DNA of 64,000 nucleotides from Bacteroidales bacterium (GTDB taxonomy: Bacteria; Bacteroidota; Bacteroidia; Bacteroidales; UBA932), in the NCBI GenBank assembly GCA_022777585.1, contig JALFFZ010000054.1, forward strand, positions 6,004-70,003, in the 5' to 3' direction. This document shows positions 26,529 through 36,382 of the stretch, one piece after another. A program made the translations under genes and the position numbers. The notes below the pieces were generated by a model that made no database searches, had not been told where the DNA came from, and saw only the letters and a list, made by a program, of their open reading frames with translations. Position 1 is the stretch's first letter; the number at the start of each line of letters is the position of its first letter.

Positions 26529-28445
26529 ATGAAGGACAATGAAATCAGGCCGATTGACATTCTGTCAGAGTATTGGGGCTATGCCTCTTTCCGGCCGATG
26601 CAGGAGGAGATTGTGAATTCCGCGGCGGAAGGCCGGGATGTGCTCGCCATACTTCCTACCGGCGGCGGAAAGTCGGTATGTTTCCAGGTTCCGGCACTGA
26701 TGAAGGAGGGGATTGCCCTGGTCATAACTCCGCTGATCGCCCTGATGAAGGATCAGGTCCAGAATCTTAGGTCGCGAGGCGTGAAGGCATTGGCAATATA
26801 TGCCGGAATGACGAGGCGCGACGTTGAAATTGCCCTCAACAATGCCGCCTACGGGGATTTCAAATTTCTATACATATCTCCGGAGCGCATTGCGACCAGG
26901 CTTTTCCAGTCCTGGCTTCCTGAGCTGAATGTCAGCTACATAGTCGTCGACGAGGCCCATTGCATATCGCAGTGGGGCTACGATTTCCGCCCGGATTATC
27001 TCCAGATAGGAAGGCTCCGGGAGGCGGTGGACGCCCCTGTGATTGCCTTGACGGCAACAGCCACTCCGGAAGTCGCGGACGACATTATGGAGAAGCTCCG
27101 TTTCCGGGAGAAGAATCTTCTCAAGAGCGGATTCGAGAGGCCCAATCTCTCATACATTGTCCGCAAGGTCGAGGACAAGATGGGCCAGCTGCTTTCGATT
27201 TGCTCCGGTGTTCCGGGTACAGGAATCGTCTATGCCGGCAGCCGTAACAAAACAGAGGAAACAGCAGCAGCGCTTCAGGCCCAGGGAATCAGCGCGTCGT
27301 ACTATCACGCCGGCCTGACCCATTCAATGCGTACAGCAAGGCAGGAGGACTGGAAATCCGGAAAAACGAGGGTCATGGTCTGCACCAATGCCTTCGGGAT
27401 GGGGATTGACAAACCGGATGTGAGGTTCGTCGTGCATATCAGCCTGCCTGATTCTCCTGAGGCCTATTTTCAGGAGGCCGGACGTGCAGGGCGCGACGGG
27501 AAGCAATCTTATGCCGTCCTGCTGTGGAACGCTACGGACATACGCAGGCTCAAGCAGCTGGAGAATGTCACATTCCCGACACTGGAATACATTGAGAATG
27601 TCTATCATAAACTTTTCGCATTCTTCGAAATCCCTTACGGTCAGGGGATGGGCCGCCAGCTGAAGTTTGACATCAAGACCTTCTGCGACCGTTTCAAACT
27701 TGACAGAGCTCAGGCTTTCTATGCAATGAGATATCTGGAGAGGGAGGGGCACTGGACTTTCTCAGAGGACGTCGAGGTTCAGACAAGGGTGCGTGTCATC
27801 GTGGACAGGGATGCCCTGTATGAGGTGGAATTCGAGGATCCGAAAATGGTGGAGGTTCTGGACTGCCTGATGCGTAAATACGAGGGATTGTTCTCATTCG
27901 CCGTTCCGATTGAGGAGGAGTATGTGGCGGACCGCTGCGGAATCACCGAGGTGCAACTCCGCAAACTTCTTTACAGGATGTCTATTGCTCACATTATCAA
28001 TTATATACCGGGGGACAGGGCGGATGTGGTATTTCTCCACGGAGAGCATCTTGCCGAGGGCAATGTCAAACTCTCTCCGCAGCGCTACAGGATGCTGAAG
28101 GACTCCGCCCGCGCGAGAATGACGGAAATGATTGAGTATGTCAATGAGGAAGATGAGTGTCGTTCACGCTTCCTGCTGCGTTATTTCGGACAGGATGAGA
28201 GTGCCGACTGCGGGAAATGCGACATCTGCAGGGCTGGGCGCAGGAAAACCGCTGATGCTGCCGTGGATGCTGAAAGGACCCGTCAGGCCCTGATCAGTTT
28301 CATCAATGAGAAATGCGGGGGAGTCTATTCCCTAAAGCAGATCAATGCCGAATTCGGCAATCCTTCCGCCTCCTGGTCTCCGGACTTTCTATCCATTCTC
28401 AGGGAACTCATTGATGAGGGGGATGTCCCTGCATATAAATATTGA
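26529..28445 (+). CDS. recQ: RecQ family ATP-dependent DNA helicase (no HRDC domain)
   Basis: FRPMQE, LPTGGGKS, VDEAHCISQWGYDFRP, ALTATA, AFGMGIDK, QEAGRAGRDG, Zn site CR..YF..CGKCDIC; likely start ATG 26529. Confidence 0.95.
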   Translation: MKDNEIRPIDILSEYWGYASFRPMQEEIVNSAAEGRDVLAILPTGGGKSVCFQVPALMKEGIALVITPLIALMKDQVQNLRSRGVKALAIYAGMTRRDVEIALNNAAYGDFKFLYISPERIATRLFQSWLPELNVSYIVVDEAHCISQWGYDFRPDYLQIGRLREAVDAPVIALTATATPEVADDIMEKLRFREKNLLKSGFERPNLSYIVRKVEDKMGQLLSICSGVPGTGIVYAGSRNKTEETAAALQAQGISASYYHAGLTHSMRTARQEDWKSGKTRVMVCTNAFGMGIDKPDVRFVVHISLPDSPEAYFQEAGRAGRDGKQSYAVLLWNATDIRRLKQLENVTFPTLEYIENVYHKLFAFFEIPYGQGMGRQLKFDIKTFCDRFKLDRAQAFYAMRYLEREGHWTFSEDVEVQTRVRVIVDRDALYEVEFEDPKMVEVLDCLMRKYEGLFSFAVPIEEEYVADRCGITEVQLRKLLYRMSIAHIINYIPGDRADVVFLHGEHLAEGNVKLSPQRYRMLKDSARARMTEMIEYVNEEDECRSRFLLRYFGQDESADCGKCDICRAGRRKTADAAVDAERTRQALISFINEKCGGVYSLKQINAEFGNPSASWSPDFLSILRELIDEGDVPAYKY

Positions 28446-28481
28446 ACAGACAGCAGTCTGAAAACTGTAATTTGCAAGAGT

Positions 28482-29042
28482 ATGAAATACCTGATTGTAT
28501 CGGACATACACGGCTCATTGCCGAGATTGGAGAAAGCGCTGTCTTTCTTTCAACGCGAAGATTACGACATGCTCCTGATTCTGGGAGATATCCTGAACTA
28601 CGGGCCACGGAACGGAATTCCGGAAGGCCTTGATGCTCCGGGGATTGCGGCGAGGTTGAACGCAATGGCTGAAAAGATAGTCGCCGTCAGGGGCAATTGT
28701 GACTCCGAGGTTGACCAGATGCTTCTCAGGTTCCCCTGTATGGGTGACTACTGCATCCTTGTGGCCGACGGGGCCAGGATTGTGCTCACGCACGGTCATC
28801 ATTACAATGAGGATAATGTCCTGGCTCCCGGAGTTGACGCATTGTTCTGCGGGCATACCCATCTCTGGAAACTTGAGAGGAATGCAGACGGGATACTTGT
28901 CTGCAATACCGGCAGCATTACCTTCCCGAAGGGCGGCAATGTCCCTACATTCGCCACCATTGATGAGGACGGGTCAGTGCGGATGAGAGGGCTTGAAGGC
29001 GATGTCCTTTCCGCAATGCCAATAAAAAACGGGACTGAGTAA
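28482..29042 (+). CDS. yfcE: YfcE-type metallo-phosphodiesterase
   Basis: SDIHG, LGDILNYGPRN, VRGNCDSEVDQM, THGH, GHTH, NTGSITFPKG. Confidence 0.9.
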   Translation: MKYLIVSDIHGSLPRLEKALSFFQREDYDMLLILGDILNYGPRNGIPEGLDAPGIAARLNAMAEKIVAVRGNCDSEVDQMLLRFPCMGDYCILVADGARIVLTHGHHYNEDNVLAPGVDALFCGHTHLWKLERNADGILVCNTGSITFPKGGNVPTFATIDEDGSVRMRGLEGDVLSAMPIKNGTE

Positions 29043-29055
29043 GCAGCCCCGTTTT
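29026..29055. terminator. Bidirectional terminator between yfcE and the DUF4332 gene
   Basis: AAAACGGGACTG / CAGCCCCGTTTT inverted repeat flanked by A and T tracts between convergent genes. Confidence 0.75.
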
Positions 29056-29074
29056 ATGATATGTGCGATAAATC

Positions 29075-29482
29075 CTAGTAGGTGATGACTCCAGGGAGGG
29101 TCTTGGCCTCGTCAATCATCTTCTGGAGCTCAGATTCAACCGGAACCCTGCCTACGAGTTTCTTTTCAGCATTGACCTCAGCTACCTTGGCGGCGAGATT
29201 TGCGGCAACCCTGTGGGAAAGCTCCTTTACGGTGTCAACACCGGAAGCCTCGAGCAGTTCGGCGAACTGAGGGCCGATTCCGCGGACGCGGTACATGTCG
29301 GCGTGATTGGTCCATTTGAGAACGAGTTTCTCAGGAATGCCGGTAGCCTCTGCAAGCTCTTTCCTTCCCTTTGGCGCAGCGCATTTCTCAAGAAGTTCCT
29401 CCGCAGTGCTGATGCCTGCTGCAATGAGTTTTTCGGCGTAGGCCGGTCCGATGCCTTCTACATCGATAATCTTGTAAGCCAT
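29075..29482 (-). CDS. DUF4332 domain protein (helix-hairpin-helix)
   Basis: IDVEGIGPAYAEKL and RVRGIGPQFAELLEASGVDTVKEL HhH-like motifs. Confidence 0.85.
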   Translation of the reverse strand: MAYKIIDVEGIGPAYAEKLIAAGISTAEELLEKCAAPKGRKELAEATGIPEKLVLKWTNHADMYRVRGIGPQFAELLEASGVDTVKELSHRVAANLAAKVAEVNAEKKLVGRVPVESELQKMIDEAKTLPGVITY

Positions 29483-29547
29483 AGTTGTTAAAATTATTGG
29501 TTTATTTTTGTAAATGTAGTGAATATCAATGAAAATTGCAATTGTTT

Positions 29548-30777
29548 CTACAATATGCCGGCGGATTTTGCGCTGATTCCAATTGCCGCGGCATAGCCCA
29601 TGCTCCAGGCTGCCTGGAGATTGAAGCCTCCGGTAATCGCGTCAACGTCAGTTACTTCGCCTGCGAAATACAGGCCCGGGTACTTCCTGGCCTCCATTGT
29701 CCCTGAGTTGATTTCCTTCAATGACACCCCTCCGCAGGTAACGAACTCGCTCTTGAACCTGTTCCTTCCGACAATCCTGAACTCGTCGGCGTGCAGCCTC
29801 TCGGCAATGCGGTTGATGGTCTTCGACCCTGTCTCCGCCCATCTCATTTCCGGGGAAATGTTCATCTTGCAGAGGAAATATCTCCAGAGACGTGCGTTGA
29901 AAACATCAGGGAAGGCATTGGAAATCAGTTTCTTGGGATTGGAGGCTGCGAGCCCTTTGAGCATTGCGGTGATTTCCCAGACGCCAGTTCCCCCGAACCA
30001 GTTCACGACCAGGCCGGACTGGTAGCCGTTCTCCGAGAGATATCTGGCAGCCGCCGAGGACAATTTCAATATGGCCGGTCCGCTGAGACCCCAGTCTGTG
30101 ACCAGAAGGGGACCGTACCCCCGGAATTTCGTTCCCGGTATGGATACAGTGGCATCCTCCACCACTGTTCCCATCATCTCCTTCAGGGCCGGGTCGTCTA
30201 TCTTCATGCTGAAGAGGGAAGGGACGGGGCTCACAATCTCAAGGTCCAGTCCTGAAAACAATGCCTGCCATCCATTACCCGTGCATCCGCCGGTCGTGAC
30301 CAGAACCGAGTCGAAAGTCTCCCCGGCATTGTCAGACATTATCTTCCAGCCATTTTTGACTTGTTCCAGACCCTTGACCCGGGCCTTTGTCCTGACCTTC
30401 ACCCCTGACTCCCGCATTGCCCTGATGAGGACATTGACGATTTCCATTGCATCCTGCGAAGCCGGGAAAACGCATTGGTCCTCCTGTACGACGAGCCTGA
30501 CTCCCATATCCTCGAACCATCTGAAGGTCTCCTCATGGCCGAAACGCCTGAACAGCTTCTTCATCAGGCTGGCTCCACGGGGGTAGGCATCGGCCAGATT
30601 GCTTATGTCCCTGAAACTGTTGGTCAGATTGCAGCGTCCGCCTCCCGTGATGGCGACCTTGGCGAGAAGCCTGTCTCCGGCCTCGAATACCGTGACATCA
30701 GCCTCCGGCATCATTCTCTTGATATTCACGGCCGCGAAACAGCCTGCCGCTCCTCCTCCGATTATCGCCGTTCTCAT
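29548..30777 (-). CDS. HI0933/BaiN/YhiN-family flavoprotein
   Basis: IIGGGAAG, ITGGGRCNLTN, GLSGPAIL, VTCGGV, YFAGEV.D..TGGFNLQAAW; ATGA overlap with the uvrB stop gives start 30777. Confidence 0.92.
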   Translation of the reverse strand: MRTAIIGGGAAGCFAAVNIKRMMPEADVTVFEAGDRLLAKVAITGGGRCNLTNSFRDISNLADAYPRGASLMKKLFRRFGHEETFRWFEDMGVRLVVQEDQCVFPASQDAMEIVNVLIRAMRESGVKVRTKARVKGLEQVKNGWKIMSDNAGETFDSVLVTTGGCTGNGWQALFSGLDLEIVSPVPSLFSMKIDDPALKEMMGTVVEDATVSIPGTKFRGYGPLLVTDWGLSGPAILKLSSAAARYLSENGYQSGLVVNWFGGTGVWEITAMLKGLAASNPKKLISNAFPDVFNARLWRYFLCKMNISPEMRWAETGSKTINRIAERLHADEFRIVGRNRFKSEFVTCGGVSLKEINSGTMEARKYPGLYFAGEVTDVDAITGGFNLQAAWSMGYAAAIGISAKSAGIL

Positions 30778-32930
30778 ACTTTCCAGACTTTGAGATACTG
30801 TTCCAATGCCCACATCTCGTCCCTGTACTTGGCCGCAGCGGCATAGTCCAGTTCGGCTGCCGCCTTCTTCATCTTGCGGCGGGATTCCTCCACGGCCTTC
30901 TCCACCTGCTCCCTTGACATTGACCTGATTACAGGGTCCTGGAGCACGGCTGCGAGGTCTGCCTTGACATAGCCGTCTGCGTATGCGGTATTTGTTTCCC
31001 TGATGGAATCGTCGCCAAGGCCTACCGAAATCCGGCCCTTTCCAAGGGCGCTCGGGTCCGGGATGAAGACAGGAGCGTCGTATGAGTTGGAGGCCGTGAC
31101 GTGGCCTGCAGGCTGATTCTCCCCGCGTCCTCCGCCGAGCTGGGAGATGAGAGCATTGTGCTTGACCTCCACCTGCTTCGGGGTGATGTGGTTCAGCTCA
31201 TTGTACTCAATCTGCTTCTTCCTGCGGCGGTCGGTCTCGTAGATGGTCTCCTGCATCGACCTGGTGATGGAATCGGCGTACATTATCACCAGACCGTGAA
31301 TGTTTCTTGCCGCCCTTCCGGCAGTCTGGGTAAGAGCCACCTGCGATCTGAGGAAGCCCTCCTTGTCTGCGTCCAGGATGGCCACCAGCGATACCGTAGG
31401 AATGTCCAGGCCCTCCCTGAGGAGGTTTACGCCTATGAGAACGTCGAACAAGCCGTTCTTGAAATCCTCGATGATCTCGACCCTCTCAGCCGTGTCCACG
31501 TCGGAATGTATGTAGCGGCATCTGACGCCCCTCTTGCCGAAGAAATCGTCCAGTTCCTCCGCCATTCTCTTGGTCAATGTGGTCACAAGCACTCTCTCGT
31601 CCACCTCGGCCCGCTTGCGTATTTCTTCCAGGAGGTCGTCCACCTGATTCAATGTCGGCCTGACCTCAATCGGCGGGTCAAGCAGGCCTGTTGGCCGTAC
31701 AACCTGCTCTACCACAAGGCCTTCCGATTTTCTCAACTCATATTCTGACGGGGTGGCTGACACGAATACCTTCTGCCCGGTCAGTTCCTCGAACTCCTCG
31801 AATTTCAACGGCCTGTTGTCGGCCGCAGCCGGAAGCCTGAACCCGTATTCAATCAGCACGGACTTCCTGGAATGGTCGCCCCCGTACATTGCCCTGATCT
31901 GGGGAATGGTGACATGGCTCTCGTCGATGAAGGTCACGAAATCGTCCGGGAAATAGTCAATGAGGCAGAACGGCCTCTGGCCTTCCTTTCTCCCGTCCAG
32001 ATATCTGGAATAGTTCTCGATTCCGGGGCAGTAGCCCATTTCCTTTATCATTTCCAGGTCATATTCCACCCTCTGCTTCAGCCTTTTGGCCTCCATAGGA
32101 CGGCCCAGGTTCTCGAAATGCTCAATCTGCCTGACCAGGTCGTCCTGAATCATGCTCACGGCCCTGACGGTCTTCTCCTTTGTCGTCACGAAATTGCCCG
32201 CCGGATAAATCGGCACTTCGCTCAGACGTTCGATAGTGGCTCCCGTGACAGGCTCTATCAATGAAAGCGAGTCGATCTCATCCCCGAAAAACTCAATCCT
32301 TACGGCCTCATCCGAGCCGCCCAGATACACGTCCACGGTATCACCCCTCACTCTGAAAGTGCCCCTCTTGAAATCGGTCTCCGTCCTGCTGAACAATGCG
32401 TCCACGAGATGGTAGAGAAGCCTTGTCTGGCTGATCTGCTGGCCCACCTTGATCCGTACGGTCTGGTCGTGGAAATCCTGCGGGTTGCCTATGCCGTACA
32501 GACAGGATACGCTGGAGACCACAATCACATCCCTCCGCCCGGACATCAGGGCCGATGCCGCACTCAGGCGCAGCCGGTCGATCTGTTCGTTGATGCTCAG
32601 GTCCTTCTCAATGTAGGTGTCGGTGCTGGGAATATATGCCTCCGGCTGGTAGTAGTCGTAATAGGATACGAAATACTCCACGGCATTCTCCGGAAAGAAC
32701 GATTTGAATTCTCCGTAGAGCTGGGCCGCAAGAGTCTTGTTGTGGCTCAGTATCAATGCCGGCCGCTGGAGTTTCTCGATGACATTGGCCATCGTGAATG
32801 TCTTTCCCGAGCCGGTCACGCCGAGAAGTGTCACCGCATCCGAACCCTGGTTCAGTGCGGAGCAGATTCCCTCGATTGCCGACGGTTGGTCGCCTGCTGG
32901 CTTGTATGCGGAATTGATTTTGAATTTCAT
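30774..32930 (-). CDS. uvrB: Excinuclease ABC subunit B
   Basis: PAGDQP, GVTGSGKT, HNKTLAAQL, YYDYYQPEAY, DESH, NLLREGLD, GRAARN, C-terminal UVR coil; start 32930 supported by promoter position. Confidence 0.98.
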   Translation of the reverse strand: MKFKINSAYKPAGDQPSAIEGICSALNQGSDAVTLLGVTGSGKTFTMANVIEKLQRPALILSHNKTLAAQLYGEFKSFFPENAVEYFVSYYDYYQPEAYIPSTDTYIEKDLSINEQIDRLRLSAASALMSGRRDVIVVSSVSCLYGIGNPQDFHDQTVRIKVGQQISQTRLLYHLVDALFSRTETDFKRGTFRVRGDTVDVYLGGSDEAVRIEFFGDEIDSLSLIEPVTGATIERLSEVPIYPAGNFVTTKEKTVRAVSMIQDDLVRQIEHFENLGRPMEAKRLKQRVEYDLEMIKEMGYCPGIENYSRYLDGRKEGQRPFCLIDYFPDDFVTFIDESHVTIPQIRAMYGGDHSRKSVLIEYGFRLPAAADNRPLKFEEFEELTGQKVFVSATPSEYELRKSEGLVVEQVVRPTGLLDPPIEVRPTLNQVDDLLEEIRKRAEVDERVLVTTLTKRMAEELDDFFGKRGVRCRYIHSDVDTAERVEIIEDFKNGLFDVLIGVNLLREGLDIPTVSLVAILDADKEGFLRSQVALTQTAGRAARNIHGLVIMYADSITRSMQETIYETDRRRKKQIEYNELNHITPKQVEVKHNALISQLGGGRGENQPAGHVTASNSYDAPVFIPDPSALGKGRISVGLGDDSIRETNTAYADGYVKADLAAVLQDPVIRSMSREQVEKAVEESRRKMKKAAAELDYAAAAKYRDEMWALEQYLKVWKV

Positions 32931-32969
32931 TGTCCCTTTCAGTAAGCTTTTCCCTTTATCTGAGTCATA

Positions 32970-33001
32970 CAAAGGTATGCAATATGCAAAAAACTATCAA
33001 G
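32970..33001 (-). promoter_or_regulatory. uvrB promoter (CTTG-N20-TACCTTTG)
   Basis: CAAAGGTA 32970-32977 and CAAG 32998-33001 on + strand. Confidence 0.6.
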
Positions 33002-33087
33002 CCTTATCCCGTTCATATCTTGCTCAAGTCCCGCAAGTGATTCATGCCGCCGTTCCGGCCTTGTTCGCATAATTGTGCCTGAAAAAC

Positions 33088-33119
33088 TTTGGAGTTCACT
33101 GATTATTTGTCTATTTTTG
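33088..33119 (+). promoter_or_regulatory. pgl promoter TTTG-N20-TATTTTTG
   Basis: Perfect Bacteroidota consensus and spacing. Confidence 0.7.
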
Positions 33120-33240
33120 CTTGCGGCTGAATGACTGAATTGATTTGGGCTGCGTTAGCAATATAATGATAATCAATGAGTTATTAAGCATTTTCAGCAT
33201 TTTTCCTTTGCCGACTATTCAATTGCGAAACTTGAGTAAT

Positions 33241-34329
33241 ATGAAAAGAATCATTGAATATATCATGCTATCATCTGTTCTTATGGCCTGCAGCAGCAAT
33301 CAGGAGCTGCTTCTTCTGGTCGGAACTTATACTGACACTGACAGCGAGGGCCTTTACTCGCTGCGTTTCAATCAGGAGACAGGCGAGTGCACGCCTTTGT
33401 CAGTGACGAATATCGCCAATCCGTCATTCCTCGCCGTTTCCGATGACAACAGCATCGTTTACGCTGTCACTGAACAGATACAGGATGCCGCCGTTTCCGC
33501 TCTTTCCCTCGATATGGCAACGGGCATGATGGAAGTGCTGAACTCCCAGCCTGCTCTCGGAATGAGTCCCTGCCACATTATGATTGCGGGCAAGGATGTG
33601 GTCGTGTCCAATTATACTTCAGGCTCTCTGGCTGTCTTTCCTCTCGCCGAAGACGGAACTCTTATGCCGGGAACTTCAGTCGAGTTCTCCGAAAGCGGTC
33701 CCAATGCTGTCAGACAGGCTTCCTCCCACATACATTCGTCTCAGCTCAGTCCTGACGGAAAGCATTTGTATGTCATTGATCTAGGCGGAGACTGCGTTCA
33801 TTCCTACGGCGTTGAGGACGGCAGGGTTCTGCTTTCCGACTATTCCAGATTCTCTCTTGCTCCCGGCGAAGGTCCTCGCCATTTCGCATACTCAGCGGAC
33901 GGCCGATTCCTTTATCTGCTCACAGAACTCGGAGGCAATGTGGTGTCGTTTGAAATAGGTGCTGACGGTGGACTCAGCCAGGTGGGAAGTTTTGAGGCCG
34001 ATTCCCTGCATGCGGCAGGCAGTGCCGATATCCATTTATCTCCTGACGGCAGGTTCATCTATGCCAGCAACCGTCTCCAGGGTGACGGCATAGCCATTTT
34101 CAGGCAGGATGCCACAAGCGGCGCTCTTGAGAAAGTAGGCTATCAGAATACAGGCATACATCCGAGGAACTTCGCCATCACCCCCAACGGCAGGTATCTT
34201 CTTGCCGCCTGCCGTGACAGCAATCTCATCCAGGTTTTCGAAAGAGATCCAGAGACCGGTCTTCTCACAGACACGGGCAGGAACATCGACATTCCTCATC
34301 CAGTCTGCGTGATTCTCAGATCGAAATAA
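33241..34329 (+). CDS. pgl: Lactonase family 7-bladed beta-propeller (6-phosphogluconolactonase-like), predicted lipoprotein
   Basis: LLVGTYT, NPSFLA, RQASSHIH, GPRHF, SPDGRFIYASNR, HPRNF; lipobox LMAC after ATG 33241. Confidence 0.88.
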   Translation: MKRIIEYIMLSSVLMACSSNQELLLLVGTYTDTDSEGLYSLRFNQETGECTPLSVTNIANPSFLAVSDDNSIVYAVTEQIQDAAVSALSLDMATGMMEVLNSQPALGMSPCHIMIAGKDVVVSNYTSGSLAVFPLAEDGTLMPGTSVEFSESGPNAVRQASSHIHSSQLSPDGKHLYVIDLGGDCVHSYGVEDGRVLLSDYSRFSLAPGEGPRHFAYSADGRFLYLLTELGGNVVSFEIGADGGLSQVGSFEADSLHAAGSADIHLSPDGRFIYASNRLQGDGIAIFRQDATSGALEKVGYQNTGIHPRNFAITPNGRYLLAACRDSNLIQVFERDPETGLLTDTGRNIDIPHPVCVILRSK

Positions 34330-34431
34330 AGCAAAAAGACAAGAAGAATTTCGGAAAGATATTTATGCGATGATGCAGGTTATTCTTTTCAAGATTGTTA
34401 AATTTGCATTCTGAAAAAGAAAGTTTGCTTT

Positions 34432-35472
34432 ATGAGATTGCCAGCAGAATGGGAAAGACAGAGCGGCGTCCAGCTCACGTGGCCGGATGACACGACTCCG
34501 TGGTACGAATTGGAGAAGGTTCAGGAATGCTATGCGAGGATTGCGGAAGCGGTTCTGGAGCACGAGAACCTGTTGATTGTCACTACATCGCCGGAGGATA
34601 CGGCCAGAAGGATTGAGGAACTTGCCACCGGGCTTGGACTCGATATTGACATTTACAGGATCATCTTCTGCGAATGCGGAATCAATGATACCTGGGCCCG
34701 TGACCACGGCGGAATTTCCGTCTATGGAGACAACGGAGAGAAGTATCTGTATGACTTCGTTTTCAATGGCTGGGGACTGAAATTCGCCTCTGACAAGGAT
34801 AACCTTATAACCCGTAAAATCTTCTTTGACAATGTTTTCAATGAAGATGTGATGTGCGTTGACATGCGGCCTTTCGTCCTGGAGGGAGGCAGCATCGACT
34901 CGGATGGCCAGGGCACATTGCTCACCACAGCAGAGTGCCTATGTTCTGTCAACCGCAATGAATATCTCGACCGGGATGAAATCGAGGCCGAACTCAGAAG
35001 CGCTTTCGGACTGAAGCGTATCATCTGGCTGGAGCACGGGGCGATTGCGGGGGATGATACCGACAGTCACGTGGATATTATGGCGAGGTTCTGTTCGCCT
35101 GACACCATCGCATACACGAAATGCTACGATGAGGCTGATGAGAATTATGCGGAACTTTCAGCAATGGAGGAGCAGCTTAAGGGTCTGGCGACTCCCGACG
35201 GAAAGCCTTACAATCTCGTTCCTCTTCCGCTTCCGGAACCTATGTATCTGGACGGGTACAGACTCCCTGCTTCCTACGCCAACTTCTTGATTATCAATGG
35301 GGCTGTCCTCGTTCCCGGGGCCGGTGCGGATACTGATGAAATTGCCAGGGAGAGGCTTCAGGCGGTATTCCCGGACAGGGAGGTGAAAGTTATAGACTGC
35401 AGACCGCTCCTCTCTGGGCACGGCTCACTGCACTGCGTCACGATGCAGTTCCCGGAAGGATGGATTAATTAA
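34432..35472 (+). CDS. aguA: Agmatine deiminase
   Basis: LPAEWE, NDTWARDHG, FNGWGLKF, LEGGSI, DDTDSHVD, ASYANF, GSLHCVTMQ. Confidence 0.93.
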   Translation: MRLPAEWERQSGVQLTWPDDTTPWYELEKVQECYARIAEAVLEHENLLIVTTSPEDTARRIEELATGLGLDIDIYRIIFCECGINDTWARDHGGISVYGDNGEKYLYDFVFNGWGLKFASDKDNLITRKIFFDNVFNEDVMCVDMRPFVLEGGSIDSDGQGTLLTTAECLCSVNRNEYLDRDEIEAELRSAFGLKRIIWLEHGAIAGDDTDSHVDIMARFCSPDTIAYTKCYDEADENYAELSAMEEQLKGLATPDGKPYNLVPLPLPEPMYLDGYRLPASYANFLIINGAVLVPGAGADTDEIARERLQAVFPDREVKVIDCRPLLSGHGSLHCVTMQFPEGWIN

Positions 35473-35494
35473 TTGATTTAAAACAGGTTGATAT

Positions 35495-36382
35495 ATGTCA
35501 AGGATTCTTAGGGTAGGTATGGTTCAGCAGTCTTGCGGGACTGACATTGCCGCCAATATTGCAAAACTCGAGAAGAATATAAGGGAATGCGCTGCGCAGG
35601 GTGCGCAACTCGTTGTCCTTCAGGAACTTCATAACAGTGTGTATTTCTGCCAGACAGAGGAGGCCGCTATCTGCGACCTCGCAGAGCCGATTCCGGGACC
35701 TTCCACTGAGAGGTTCGGAGCGCTCGCCCGTGAGCTTGGCATTGTCCTGGTCCTCTCGCTTTTTGAGAGAAGGGCCCCGGGGCTTTATCACAATACGGCC
35801 GTAGTCCTGGAGAAGGATGGCAGCATTGCCGGAAAATACCGGAAGATGCACATCCCTGACGACCCCTGCTTCTATGAGAAGTTCTACTTTACCCCAGGCG
35901 ACCTGGGATTCAAGCCGGTACATACATCTGTGGGAGAACTTGGAGTGCTTGTATGCTGGGACCAGTGGTATCCGGAGGCTGCCCGCCTGATGGCTCTCAA
36001 TGGGGCTGAACTTCTGATTTATCCTACAGCGATTGGGGGAGTCGGAACCGATTCCAGAGAAGAGCAGCAGACCCAGCGCCAGGCCTGGCAGCTTGTCCAG
36101 AGAGGCCATTCCGTAGCCAACGGACTTCCTGTCATCACAGTCAACAGGGTGGGCCACGAGGACGATCCTTCCGGGAATACCATAGGTCTTGATTTCTGGG
36201 GCTATTCCTTCGCCACCGGACCTCAGGGCGAAATTCTGGCACAGTTCAGCACCGACACCGAGGAGAACAGGGTAGTGGAGATTGACCTGGACCGCACCGA
36301 ATACGTACGCCGCGGCTGGCCATTCCTCAGGGACCGCAGAATCGACGCCTACGGGCCTATCCTTGACCGCTTCGGGAAATAA
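35495..36382 (+). CDS. aguB: N-carbamoylputrescine amidase (carbon-nitrogen hydrolase)
   Basis: E-K-C triad: LQELH, YRKMHIPDDP..EKFYFTPGD, VCWDQWYPE; WPFLRDRR; follows aguA. Confidence 0.92.
   Translation: MSRILRVGMVQQSCGTDIAANIAKLEKNIRECAAQGAQLVVLQELHNSVYFCQTEEAAICDLAEPIPGPSTERFGALARELGIVLVLSLFERRAPGLYHNTAVVLEKDGSIAGKYRKMHIPDDPCFYEKFYFTPGDLGFKPVHTSVGELGVLVCWDQWYPEAARLMALNGAELLIYPTAIGGVGTDSREEQQTQRQAWQLVQRGHSVANGLPVITVNRVGHEDDPSGNTIGLDFWGYSFATGPQGEILAQFSTDTEENRVVEIDLDRTEYVRRGWPFLRDRRIDAYGPILDRFGK

Noticed and set aside
15621-33240. Longer N-termini in the ORF track (MFS 15621, pckA 26298, recQ 26367, uvrB 32972, pgl 33145; also 14568, 30813, 45663, 47432)
   Set aside because: They run through promoter boxes or upstream genes; downstream ATGs fit signal peptides, family starts or stop/start overlaps better
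34432-36382. aguA-aguB pair as a novel system
   Set aside because: Well-known agmatine-to-putrescine pathway, common in Bacteroidota
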